Origin: a virus
Taxonomy: Duplodnaviria > Heunggongvirae > Uroviricota > Caudoviricetes
IMG/VR virus record: IMGVR_UViG_3300033405_000012
Location: 14,142 to 78,141 of that record
Reading direction: 5' to 3' (one strand)
DNA length: 64,000 nt
In this document: piece after piece, positions 18,231 to 27,064 of the stretch
Layout of the letters: every line of letters begins with the position of its first letter
Position numbering within the stretch: the first letter of the stretch is position 1
Position numbers and translations under genes: made by a program
The notes under the pieces: model-generated
What the model saw: only the letters and a program-made list of their open reading frames with translations
Told to the model about the DNA's origin: nothing
Database searches by the model: none

Positions 18231-18375
18231 GCCCCACACTTTCCATATCAACGAATTCCGGCAGGGCCATAGTGATTTCAGACGCGCGCCGGCAATTTTG
18301 TGTTGTGTGACGGGCTGACGCTTTCCACATCAACGAATCCCGGCAACGTCAGAGTGATTCCAGACGAGCGGCGGC
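18231..18375 (-). promoter_or_regulatory. two tandem copies of a ~55-bp promoter-like repeat upstream of the SNF2 operon
   Basis: Core on the coding strand: GGAATTCGTTGAT[G/A]TGGAAAG[T/C]GT...CACT[A/C]TG...CTG[A/G]AAT. A third copy lies at 4141-4200. Confidence 0.4.
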
Positions 18376-19545
18376 GATCTCGCAGTTGTGCTCGGTCAAC
18401 TCGACGCCGATGCACGGGCGGCCCAGCGCCTTGGCGGCCAGCAACGTCGTGCCGCTGCCGGCGAACGGGTCCAAGACAATCCCGCCGGTCGGTGTGGACG
18501 CAAGCGTCAGGAGGTATTCCATCAGCTTGAGGGGTTTGACGGTGGGGTGATCGTTCTTCGGCCCCTGGGCCGGATTGCGTTCCTTCCGACCGGCCTTCGC
18601 CACGTAGAAGAACCGACTGGCCCCGCCGGAGTCGCCGTAGGTGCCGGCCGCCGTAGCGGTAGGCGGGAAGCCGTGGTGATAGCCGCCGTCCTTGCCCTCC
18701 GAGCGCTGCTGCCCGGCCTGCATCATCCCGCTCTTCAAAGTGCCGGTCTGCTGGTCGAGCGCGGCCGCCGCTTCCTCGTCCAGGAGCAGGTTCGCCGGCC
18801 ACCGCCCGGACTCCGAGCCGCCGACCGGCGACCGGTTGACCGAGACCCAGCCGCCGTCCGACTCGGACCGCGGGTTTCGCGTGCGGACCGTGCTGTCGGT
18901 GCCGATCCTGCTGCCGTTGACGTTCAGACCCGCGACACCCCACGTCTCGGCGTTGTGGGCCAGCGTCCCGTCCAGTGGCTTCATCGCCAGCGTGATGGGC
19001 TCCCAGGCCGGCTTGAGCGAGTTGGCCCAGCCGGTCCACAGTTTCGCCAGATCGGTGGCCGGGGCCGTGATCGCGCACTCGGCCGCCGGATTGTGCAGGT
19101 CGCCATAGACCTCGTTGGTGCGGCCGTTGTCGGCCAGCGAATAGCCGGGCTGACCCAGCTTCGTGCCGACGACCTTGCGGTTCGCCCCCTTCGCCTTGTC
19201 GATCAAGAGGCCAATGTCGGGGGCTTTGGGAAAGCCTTGACCATAGAGCCACATCAAGCAGTCCCGCACGTCCCAACCAGCGTCCTCGATCGCGGAGATC
19301 AGCCGGTGGAAAGTACGGGTCCCGCCGAACGCCAGCATCAGCGCGCCCGGCTTCGAGACCCGTCGAAACGCCTCCCAGAACTGGACGCCCGGGACGCCGT
19401 GGTCCCACTCGTGCCCCATGAAAGAGAGGCCGTAGGGAGGGTCAGTGCAGATGGTGTCGATGCTGTTGTCGGCAAACGACGCCAGCACTTCGCGGTTGTC
19501 GCCGCAGTAGAGCGTGATGCCGTCTTTCTGGTAGTAGGGAGTCAT
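18349..19545 (-). CDS. beta-class amino (N6-adenine or N4-cytosine) DNA methyltransferase
   Basis: N-terminal DPPY (ICTDPPYG). C-terminal SAM motif I VLDPFAGSGTT. Start at MTPYYQKD overlaps the stop of the upstream gene. Confidence 0.85.
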   Translation of the reverse strand: MTPYYQKDGITLYCGDNREVLASFADNSIDTICTDPPYGLSFMGHEWDHGVPGVQFWEAFRRVSKPGALMLAFGGTRTFHRLISAIEDAGWDVRDCLMWLYGQGFPKAPDIGLLIDKAKGANRKVVGTKLGQPGYSLADNGRTNEVYGDLHNPAAECAITAPATDLAKLWTGWANSLKPAWEPITLAMKPLDGTLAHNAETWGVAGLNVNGSRIGTDSTVRTRNPRSESDGGWVSVNRSPVGGSESGRWPANLLLDEEAAAALDQQTGTLKSGMMQAGQQRSEGKDGGYHHGFPPTATAAGTYGDSGGASRFFYVAKAGRKERNPAQGPKNDHPTVKPLKLMEYLLTLASTPTGGIVLDPFAGSGTTLLAAKALGRPCIGVELTEHNCEIAAARLESL

Positions 19546-20066
19546 CGCGGCTTGTATTCCAGGAGCAAGGTGTGATCGGCCGCCTCCCGCGCGCGATAGT
19601 CGCCCCACACGTCGAGCCCCGCGCCTCGGAAAAGGCTGTAGATTCGGTTGAAGCCGGCACGGACGGGACTCTCGACGTTGCGCCCCGAGCCGGCGGCTAC
19701 GGCGTCCCGCCACTGCGCCAACGTGCCGCTGATGACTGCCGCCATGACCGCGCGGACGAGCGTGTCCGCGGTAATGAACGACATGCCCGAGCAGTATTCG
19801 AGGATGTCGCGCATGTCCCGGTCGTCAGCGACCAGGAAGACGCTGAATGAGGCGTGCGACAGCAGGTGCGGGGCGAAGCCCGCCGCGGCCTTCTGGTTGC
19901 GAAACGCGGCCAAGCCGCTCAGGAACTTTTCGGTGTCCGACATCTGACGCGGCGACGCATCCACGGCGCGCAGCGGCGAATAGCCCAGCACTTGCCGGCA
20001 CGCGGCGGGAAACGCGCGGAAGTTGAAGGCCGGCGTTGAAAGCAGGATGACTTCGGGTGTTGCCAT
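19542..20066 (-). CDS. hypothetical protein translationally coupled to the MTase
   Basis: 174-aa ORF. No recognisable motifs. Confidence 0.5.
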   Translation of the reverse strand: MATPEVILLSTPAFNFRAFPAACRQVLGYSPLRAVDASPRQMSDTEKFLSGLAAFRNQKAAAGFAPHLLSHASFSVFLVADDRDMRDILEYCSGMSFITADTLVRAVMAAVISGTLAQWRDAVAAGSGRNVESPVRAGFNRIYSLFRGAGLDVWGDYRAREAADHTLLLEYKPR

Positions 20067-20258
20067 CGTCGGGCAGAAAGGCGATTGAGAAGTGCCTGCC
20101 TACGGCGAGGACGCTCCCGCCGCAGGACAGGCCGGTAGAACCCGCCCATGATGCACGTCACCAAGAGTCCGGGAGCGGTGCAGCGGGTGTGTTTGATAAC
20201 CCCGCGGGGGCCTTGCGGCAGGTCCGGCGGGGAGCAAATGAAACGGCGAGTGATGGAC

Positions 20259-20999
20259 CTACCGGGCGCGGTCGTCCTCGGCGACGGGGGCGCGCTGGAT
20301 GCCGTTGTCTTTGACCGCCAGGAAGGCCGTCATCTCCTTCACGATCCGCTCCATCTTGGGCAGATTCGTGAAGGGATCGCTGCACTTCACCACGACGGGA
20401 ACGTGCCAGGAATACGTGCCCTTCTCCACCAGCCGGCTCTTCAGGGTCAGCGGCAGCGGGCCGTGCGGCTCCAGACCGCTCACGTCCTGGCCGGCCGCCG
20501 CCTTGGCGTCGATGTCGGCCTGGGTCAGCGGCAGGAAGGGGTAAATCTTCTTGGCCTCGCGGCGACTCGACTGGTTGCCGCAGAAGAATTCCAGGAAGCT
20601 GCCGGTCGAGCGCTCGAAGACGAGGAACGACGGGCCGTACATGCAGTGGCTTTCCTTCTCCAACGACGCCGCGGCGATCCGCTTGAACTCGTCGCTGTCC
20701 GGGTCGTAGTTGACGATGATGGCCTCGTTGTCGGTCATGTCGATGGCCTTCGGCCGGCGGGCCAACGGAACGATGTCGATGGTGTCGCCCAGGTCGTTCA
20801 CTTCCTCGTCGCTGATCGGAATGCCATAGTTGCCCAGTCCGACCAGCTTGCGGTTGATCGCCTTGCCCTTGGTGAAGAGTTGCAGGCGGGCGAGGAAGTC
20901 GGCGCTCTTGGCGAGATCGGCGAAATGATCGTCGCTGCCGATCTGTGTGGAGGGGAGTTGCTCCGGGCCAATGGGGACCAGGTTCGTGTTGTGGGACAT
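20259..20999 (-). CDS. hypothetical protein
   Basis: Internal Met MSHNTNLVPIG (246 aa). The ORF-track extension to 21527 overlaps the ParB-like gene and is Arg/Gly/Pro-rich. Confidence 0.55.
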   Translation of the reverse strand: MSHNTNLVPIGPEQLPSTQIGSDDHFADLAKSADFLARLQLFTKGKAINRKLVGLGNYGIPISDEEVNDLGDTIDIVPLARRPKAIDMTDNEAIIVNYDPDSDEFKRIAAASLEKESHCMYGPSFLVFERSTGSFLEFFCGNQSSRREAKKIYPFLPLTQADIDAKAAAGQDVSGLEPHGPLPLTLKSRLVEKGTYSWHVPVVVKCSDPFTNLPKMERIVKEMTAFLAVKDNGIQRAPVAEDDRAR

Positions 21000-21049
21000 G
21001 GTGCTTGCCTCAAAACGGGTGAATGACAAAGGGCATACAACAGGCGGGA

Positions 21050-21940
21050 CTAGGGTTCCTTGTCGGGCGGCTCCTTTCGTTTGCGATCTCGGTTCAACAC
21101 GGCTTGGCGCTGGACCTCGACGCTCTCGCGGTCCAGGTGCAGCACCCAGGCGAGCGCTGCCCGCCAGGCGTCGGTCAGGGTCTTGCACCGCTCCGCCACC
21201 AGGACCAGAGCGGCGCGAGACGGTTTCTCGTACTCGGCGATCACTTCCTTCCACGGCCGGCCGTGCGCGACCGGCTTGAACTCCGCCGTGAAGAAGGCGT
21301 CCAGCTTCCCTTGCCTGACGCCCTCCTGGAACTGCTTCAGGAAGGCTTGGGCGGTGGCCCTGAATTCGGTGACGGGCATCGTGCGGGCGGCATCGTAGAA
21401 CTGCGGCTGGAATTTGTACGGGATGCGGGCCAGCTCGTAGGCCGAGCCCAACAGTATCTCGCCACGGTCCACCGCAGGCTGGAAGTCCTTTCGCAGGTTC
21501 AGCAGCCCCAAGGTCTCGCTCACCCACCTGGGGCTTTTGTGCAGAACGCGGGCGCTCAGTTCTGCCAGCGTGACTTCCGGGCGCGCCTCCATGATCCTCT
21601 TGATCTGCCGGGCGAAATCGGTGGGGGTGGTTTCCGGCCGGAGGGCATTCGCCTGTATCTGGATCGCCAACAGGTCGTTGTCCGTCAACTCCTTCACCAG
21701 GGCCGGCACCGGGGACCGTCCTGTCTCGCGGCAGGCGGTGGCCCGATAAAGGCCGTCTGCCACGTCATACTTCCCGGGAAACCGGGCCGAGGGCCGCACC
21801 AGGATCGGATTGAGGAGGCCATGAGCCGACACCGAATCTCGCAGCTCCAAGTAGGCCACGGACCCGCGGGCCACCAATCGGAGCACCACGGGCGGGTCCA
21901 CAAGCTGCTCGGTCGGAATCCACTTCAACTCGTCGTTCAC
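21050..21940 (-). CDS. ParB-like nuclease domain protein, first gene of the leftward operon
   Basis: N-terminal ParB-N-like segment LLNPILVRP...YDVADGLYRATAC. 296 aa. Confidence 0.6.
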   Translation of the reverse strand: MNDELKWIPTEQLVDPPVVLRLVARGSVAYLELRDSVSAHGLLNPILVRPSARFPGKYDVADGLYRATACRETGRSPVPALVKELTDNDLLAIQIQANALRPETTPTDFARQIKRIMEARPEVTLAELSARVLHKSPRWVSETLGLLNLRKDFQPAVDRGEILLGSAYELARIPYKFQPQFYDAARTMPVTEFRATAQAFLKQFQEGVRQGKLDAFFTAEFKPVAHGRPWKEVIAEYEKPSRAALVLVAERCKTLTDAWRAALAWVLHLDRESVEVQRQAVLNRDRKRKEPPDKEP

Positions 21941-22084
21941 ACCCTAACCAATGTCCGAAAACCCGCGGTTTTCTCAGTCGTCTGAGAAATCTTCCGAATT
22001 TCGGCCATTGGTTAGGATGGCCACGCAACCAGTGCCGAATGACGCAGGCTGGATGCCGCGTGTAAACGCGCTAAGACGGAGACC
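21941..22084. promoter_or_regulatory. divergent promoter/operator region with nested palindromes
   Basis: Outer 11-bp inverted repeat CCTAACCAATG (21944-54) / CATTGGTTAGG (22007-17). Inner palindromes GAAAACC-CGC-GGTTTTC (21958-74), CTCAG-TCGT-CTGAG (21974-87), GAAAT-N7-ATTTC (21987-22003). Confidence 0.55.
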
Positions 22085-24763
22085 GTGATGCCCACCGTCC
22101 GTGAAGCACTCGACAAGTTCCTCCGTGCCCGGCAGACGCCGGCCAACGCCGATCTGGTCGGCCGCTGGGGCGTCCAGATGGAGACCCAGGTGAACGTGGC
22201 GGTGGGCAACGGGGAGCCTGTGGCGGGCAAGCGGTCCACGTTCACGAACGGCACCGACACATGGCATTCGATCCGGGTGCCCAAGGATGCCGACTCCGAG
22301 CCGAACTGGGAAGATTACGAGCTTCGGTACTCCTTCACGGAGCACGCCGAGGGGATTGGCTGTACGGGCTGGGACTGGCAGGCCCGCTGCTCCCGCTGGG
22401 TTGCCTTCGACTTCGACGCCTTGACCGGCCACGCCAAGGGCGTTGGCATCGAGAAAGACGCACTGGAAGCAGTCAGGCAGGCGGCTACGCAGCTTCCCTA
22501 TGTGGAGGTGCGCAAGAGCACCGGCGGGGGCGGCATCCACCTCTACGTCTATCTGGACAGCATCCCGTGCGAGAACCATACGGTCCACGCCGCCCTGGCC
22601 CGCTGCATCCTCGGCATGATGTCCAGCGAGTGCAACTTCGACTTCGCCTCAAAGATCGACTGTTGCGGCGGCGTCATGTGGATATGGCATCGCAAGATGA
22701 CCGCCGAGAACGGCGGCCTGAGCGTGATGAAGCCGGCCGCCAAAATGCTCACGGCGGCCGACCTGCCGGCCAACTGGCGAGACCACATCGAGGTGGTCAC
22801 GCGCAAAAGGAACAAGGTGCGGATCAACGAGGTGTCGGACGACGACCTCGACCCGTTCGAGGCCCTCGCTGCCGCGCAAAAGATCATCCCCCTGGACGCC
22901 AGCCACAAGGCCCAAATCGAAGCCCTGCAACGATCCAGTTGTACGACGCTCTGGAATCCCGACCACCACCTGCTGCAAACGCACACCTGCGCCCTGCAAG
23001 CGCTGATGGACGGGCCGGAGGCGAAGGAACTGGGGCTCGTCGGCGCGTTCAAGACCAGCTCCCAGGGCCGGAATCCCGGCAACCCAAACTGTTTCCTCTT
23101 TCCGCTGCCAAACGGTGCCTGGCGTGTGTTCCGTTTCTCCCCGGGCGTCTCGGAAGCCGAAACCTGGAGCCAGGACGGCCAAAGCTGGACAACCTGCTAC
23201 TTCAACCGCCGGCCGGACCTGGCAATCGCCGCGAAGGCGCATGGCGGGATGGAAGACCCGGACAAGAAAGGCTACGTCTTCCAAAGTCCCGACGACGCCA
23301 TGAAGGCCGCCAAGGTCTTGGGCCAGCCCGACACGGCCATCGACCCGATGTTCGAGGGCCGCAAGACATTGCTGAAACCGCACAAGGACGGCCGCTTGGT
23401 GGTGGAGATCGAGCGTGCCAAAGGGGACGCCGACCAGCCGGAGCCCAAAGGCTGGCTCGCCAAGAAGAGCAAGTGGGTCCGCGTCTTCGAGACCACCGTC
23501 CGGGAGCAAACGGACAACGCGGACGGCGAGACCGCGAAGTACGACAACCTCCTTCGCGCCGTCAAGACACCAGCCAAACAATTCGTCGGCTGGTCGCTCT
23601 TTGAGAAGAACGCGAAGGAATGGGTCTATCACCCCGGCGGCAACATCAAGATGCGATTGCAGAGCCTTGGCCATGCCAAGGATGAAGCCGAGTGCATCAT
23701 GGGCACCGCGCTGGGGGAGAGTTGGAAACTCGTCAACCTGCCCTTCCGCGAAGAGTACCCAGGCGGCCGGCAATGGAACCGGGATGCTGCGCAATTCAAG
23801 CACCAGCCCGCCGTGCTGGGCCCCGACGAGAAGCCGCGCCATCCGTATTGGGACATGATCTTCGACCACATCGGGCTGGAATTGACGCCCGTGCTCCGGG
23901 CCCTCCCGTGGGCACAGAAGGCCGGCATCAAGACGGGAGCCGATTATCTGCGCGCCTGGGTCGCCTGCGCCTTCCGCGACCCCTTCGAGCCGACGCCGTA
24001 CCTCTTTCTCTTTGGCAACGAGGACAACGGCAAGAGCATCTTCCACGAGGCGCTGATGACCTTGGTGACAAAAGGCGTCATCAAGGCCGACAAGGTGCTC
24101 AAGACGCGGGGCGATTTCAACGGAGAACTGGCGGGGGCCGTCATCTGCGCCATTGAAGAGACGGATATGTCCAGGGTGCCCGAGGCCCTGCCCCGCATCA
24201 AGGAATACGTCACGGCTCGCACGCTGGCCATCCGCGAGATGCGGATGAACACCTACCAAATTCCCAACACGACACACTGGGTCCAAACGGCCAACTTCCA
24301 GAGCCACTGTCCCGTCTTTCCTGGCGACACGCGAATCACCGTCATCGCGGTGTGTGACCTCCTGGAAGAACGGAAGATCGCCAAGCCGCTCCTGCTCGCC
24401 AAGCTGGACGAAGAAGCCCCGCACTTCCTGTATACGCTGATGACCCTGCAACTGCCGCCGATCATCGGTCGGCTGCGGCTGCCGGTGGTCGCCACGCCGA
24501 GCAAGTTCCGAACCCAGGAACAGAACAAGAGCCCCTTGCAGCATTTCCTCGACGACTTCTGCCTTGTCAAGAAGGACGCCCGCATTCGCTTCGGCGAGTT
24601 CTACGACGCCTTCCAGAAGACGCTCGACGCCAGCGAAAAGGGCGAATGGTCCCGTAAGCAGGTCAGCCGGAATCTCCCAAACCTTCACCAGGTTGTGAAG
24701 AGCAACGGCGAGCGATTCGTTCCCAACCTGGCCTTCAAGGCACCGGAGACGGGCCAATGTTGA
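22085..24763 (+). CDS. bifunctional primase-polymerase (Prim-Pol) fused to D5/P4-like SF3 helicase
   Basis: Prim-Pol motifs VAFDFDA and STGGGGIHLYVY. C-terminal Walker A FLFGNEDNGKS. 892 aa. Confidence 0.85.
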   Translation: MMPTVREALDKFLRARQTPANADLVGRWGVQMETQVNVAVGNGEPVAGKRSTFTNGTDTWHSIRVPKDADSEPNWEDYELRYSFTEHAEGIGCTGWDWQARCSRWVAFDFDALTGHAKGVGIEKDALEAVRQAATQLPYVEVRKSTGGGGIHLYVYLDSIPCENHTVHAALARCILGMMSSECNFDFASKIDCCGGVMWIWHRKMTAENGGLSVMKPAAKMLTAADLPANWRDHIEVVTRKRNKVRINEVSDDDLDPFEALAAAQKIIPLDASHKAQIEALQRSSCTTLWNPDHHLLQTHTCALQALMDGPEAKELGLVGAFKTSSQGRNPGNPNCFLFPLPNGAWRVFRFSPGVSEAETWSQDGQSWTTCYFNRRPDLAIAAKAHGGMEDPDKKGYVFQSPDDAMKAAKVLGQPDTAIDPMFEGRKTLLKPHKDGRLVVEIERAKGDADQPEPKGWLAKKSKWVRVFETTVREQTDNADGETAKYDNLLRAVKTPAKQFVGWSLFEKNAKEWVYHPGGNIKMRLQSLGHAKDEAECIMGTALGESWKLVNLPFREEYPGGRQWNRDAAQFKHQPAVLGPDEKPRHPYWDMIFDHIGLELTPVLRALPWAQKAGIKTGADYLRAWVACAFRDPFEPTPYLFLFGNEDNGKSIFHEALMTLVTKGVIKADKVLKTRGDFNGELAGAVICAIEETDMSRVPEALPRIKEYVTARTLAIREMRMNTYQIPNTTHWVQTANFQSHCPVFPGDTRITVIAVCDLLEERKIAKPLLLAKLDEEAPHFLYTLMTLQLPPIIGRLRLPVVATPSKFRTQEQNKSPLQHFLDDFCLVKKDARIRFGEFYDAFQKTLDASEKGEWSRKQVSRNLPNLHQVVKSNGERFVPNLAFKAPETGQC

Positions 24764-24924
24764 TCCGTGTTTACGCGCACACCCGTCACGTCACCCGATC
24801 CATCCTCCGCGGGCGGCTCGTCGCGGAGGTGGAAGTGGACCAGGAGCCCGAAGACCCCCAAGACTTCGCCGATCGGTACGGCGGCGACACCATCGAGATT
24901 TCACCTGAAGAGGCACAACCATGA
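24760..24924 (+). CDS. small coupled ORF (54 aa, hand-called)
   Basis: Its ATG overlaps the primase stop (aATGttga) and its TGA overlaps the next ATG. Acidic C-terminus. Below ORF-track cut-off; coordinates approximate. Confidence 0.3.
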   Translation: MIRVYAHTRHVTRSILRGRLVAEVEVDQEPEDPQDFADRYGGDTIEISPEEAQP

Positions 24925-25376
24925 GCAGGTACGGCATGACGGACAGTGGCAAGCGACAATCCTTCGGCAAGGGCATGGCGATCCGCGACACTGCGGACGA
25001 CAAGCCGCGGCCCGACTTGATCTCCCCCTTCGCCGAAGAGCGGCAGGGGCACTGGCTCCGCATGGGGGCCGCCAAGTACGCCGAACGCAACTGGGAGCGC
25101 GGGATGCCGTTTTCGCGCTGCGTGGCCTCGCTCAAGCGGCACGTCATGTGTTACCAGCAGGGCAAACGAGACGAGGACCACCTGGCCGCCATCATGTTCA
25201 ACGCGATGGCCCTGATCCACTACGAGGAGATGATCGAGCGCGGAGTGCTGCCGGCCAGCTTGAACGACATGCCGGTCTATTGCAAGGTCGAGGTCAGGAA
25301 GCAGACCCGGAGGACCCGCAGGAGCCGGCAATCACGGCAGCAGAAGGCAGGGCGTCCGAAGTCCCGCCGCAAGTGA
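24921..25376 (+). CDS. dATP/dGTP diphosphohydrolase N-terminal-domain-like protein (DUF5664-like)
   Basis: MTDSGKRQSF...KPRPDLISP...GAAKYAERNWERGMPFSR...LKRH...DEDHLAAIMFNAMAL matches my recollection of this phage domain's motif pattern. Basic C-terminal tail. Confidence 0.55.
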   Translation: MSRYGMTDSGKRQSFGKGMAIRDTADDKPRPDLISPFAEERQGHWLRMGAAKYAERNWERGMPFSRCVASLKRHVMCYQQGKRDEDHLAAIMFNAMALIHYEEMIERGVLPASLNDMPVYCKVEVRKQTRRTRRSRQSRQQKAGRPKSRRK

Positions 25377-25387
25377 CCTTCCCCGGG

Positions 25388-25420
25388 CCTCCGGCCCCGC
25401 GCAGTCGCAGGGCCGGAGGC
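25388..25420 (+). other. 11-bp GC stem-loop between plus-strand genes
   Basis: GCCTCCGGCCC-N11-GGGCCGGAGGC. No U tract. Confidence 0.3.
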
Positions 25421-25438
25421 AAACTGACCGAGCACGCC

Positions 25439-26050
25439 ATGCAAACCTATCCTGGCCTTCTACACCTCAACGGCAACTTGCTCGTCTCCGTAGACCTGGA
25501 AACGACCGGCCGCCAGCCCGGCTACCACGAGATCATTCAGATTGCCTGCGTGCCGTTGGGGCCCGATCTCAAGCCGGCACTCAGCCTACGGCCCTTCTAC
25601 ACCGAGATCAGGCCGGACTTCCCGGAGCGGGCCGAAAAGCAGGCCATGTGCAAGCACGGCGTCCCGATGGAGCAACTGCTCCTCCACGCCCCGAGCCAAG
25701 ACAAGGTGCGCGACCTGTTCGTCGAATGGTTCGAGTGCCTGGACCTGCCCTTCAAAAAGAGCCTCGTGCCGATGGCCCACAATTGGGCCTTCGAGGCGTC
25801 GTTCCTAAAGGCTTGGCTGGGCGTTGAACTCTTCGAGAACCTCTGGTACAGCCACGCCCGCGACGGAATGCTGCTGGCCATTGCCATCAACGACAAGGCG
25901 GCCATGCGGGGAGAGGCGATTCCTTTCAATCGAGTCGGCCTGGGCTCGCTCTGCAACAAGTTCCACGTCGTCAACGTCAACGCCCATGACGCGCTGGCCG
26001 ACGCCCTGGCTGAGGCGGAAGTGTATCGGGCACTCTTGCAAATGTATTGA
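25439..26050 (+). CDS. DnaQ-like DEDDh 3'-5' exonuclease
   Basis: Exo I VSVDLETTG. Exo II HNWAFEASFL. Exo III HDALADA. 203 aa. Confidence 0.85.
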   Translation: MQTYPGLLHLNGNLLVSVDLETTGRQPGYHEIIQIACVPLGPDLKPALSLRPFYTEIRPDFPERAEKQAMCKHGVPMEQLLLHAPSQDKVRDLFVEWFECLDLPFKKSLVPMAHNWAFEASFLKAWLGVELFENLWYSHARDGMLLAIAINDKAAMRGEAIPFNRVGLGSLCNKFHVVNVNAHDALADALAEAEVYRALLQMY

Positions 26051-26058
26051 GGTGCGCT

Positions 26059-27054
26059 ATGGGCTCGGTTCTGACGCTCGACAACTGGAACCAGATCATC
26101 CGGCAGATCAACAACCTTGCGCAGAACCCACCGGCCGGCTGCAACGGCGTGGCGACCCTCCAGCCCGTGACCGCCCCGCACCGCTGGTCGAAGACCGACA
26201 TCCAGCAAGTCCAGCAGGCGCTTCAGGGCATTTGCCCTTCGGACACGTTCGCCAGCCCAATCCCGGACCTGTGGAAGCAGAAGACCATCGACGACATCAA
26301 TGCGGCCATTGCCAACGGCTGGTGCAACTGCCAGCAACAGACGCAGGTGGCCTACAAGGTCATCAAGATTCACGGCTGCGAGAATTACCCGCAGTGCGGC
26401 GATCCCAGCCTCTTTCCACCGGACCCGCCATCCTACGCGACGCTAGTGCAGACGATGAACCTGGGCAGCCAGGCCCTCAACGCCAGCAACCTCTACTACC
26501 AGGCCCATGATGCCTACTGTGCTGCCTCAGCCGCGCTGCTGGCCGCCCAAAATGCCATGCCGCCTAATCCCACCCTCATCACCTCGCTGCAATCGACCGT
26601 CAACACACTAAAGACGAAGATGACCACGCAGGCGCAGTTGGCTGACAACTACGCCAACCAGTCGAACGCAATATGGCTTGCCTACCCGGTTTGGCCAGCC
26701 GTCCTGGGCATGGGCGTCAATATGTGGTTCATGGTAATGAACATCACGCCACAACCCTGGATCAACCAGCCTTGCGGTTCGCAAATCGGCCCCCTTAGCA
26801 ATAGCTGGACGCTCTCCTTCCAGTGGAACGGCGCGGGCCTCTACACGAACTGCTGCTACGGACTCTTCACGCCGAACGGCATCCCGTACATGAACATCAT
26901 GGGTTCGATTACACCTGTTGCCCCGACGGCTGCCGTCTTCTGCTGCGGCGGCTGCCTGAGCGGCGGCAGCCAAATGTGCTGGGACGCCATCAATACCACC
27001 AAGTACGACGGCTTCACCACCTGGCAGACCGTTAAGCGCTACTACGCGAACTAG
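26059..27054 (+). CDS. Cys/Asn/Gln/Trp/Thr-rich protein of unknown function
   Basis: 332 aa with >16 Cys (CCYG, CCGGC), many N/Q/W/T. Composition unlike all neighbours. No signal peptide, no recognisable motifs. Confidence 0.55.
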   Translation: MGSVLTLDNWNQIIRQINNLAQNPPAGCNGVATLQPVTAPHRWSKTDIQQVQQALQGICPSDTFASPIPDLWKQKTIDDINAAIANGWCNCQQQTQVAYKVIKIHGCENYPQCGDPSLFPPDPPSYATLVQTMNLGSQALNASNLYYQAHDAYCAASAALLAAQNAMPPNPTLITSLQSTVNTLKTKMTTQAQLADNYANQSNAIWLAYPVWPAVLGMGVNMWFMVMNITPQPWINQPCGSQIGPLSNSWTLSFQWNGAGLYTNCCYGLFTPNGIPYMNIMGSITPVAPTAAVFCCGGCLSGGSQMCWDAINTTKYDGFTTWQTVKRYYAN

Positions 27055-27064
27055 GAGGCGAACC

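Noticed and set aside
20999-21527. N-terminal extension of ORF 20259..21527
   Set aside because: Overlaps the ParB-like gene 21050..21940 in another frame and is Arg/Gly/Pro-rich. Start reassigned to MSHNT at 20999.
22649-24757. 702-aa minus-strand ORF
   Set aside because: Antisense to the Prim-Pol/SF3 helicase gene. Arg/Gly/Leu/Val-rich shadow frame.
24767-26050. 427-aa ORF as one gene
   Set aside because: The N-terminal ~220 aa are Arg/Pro-rich and overlap the dNTPase-like gene in another frame. The real gene is the DnaQ exonuclease starting at MQTYPG (25439).
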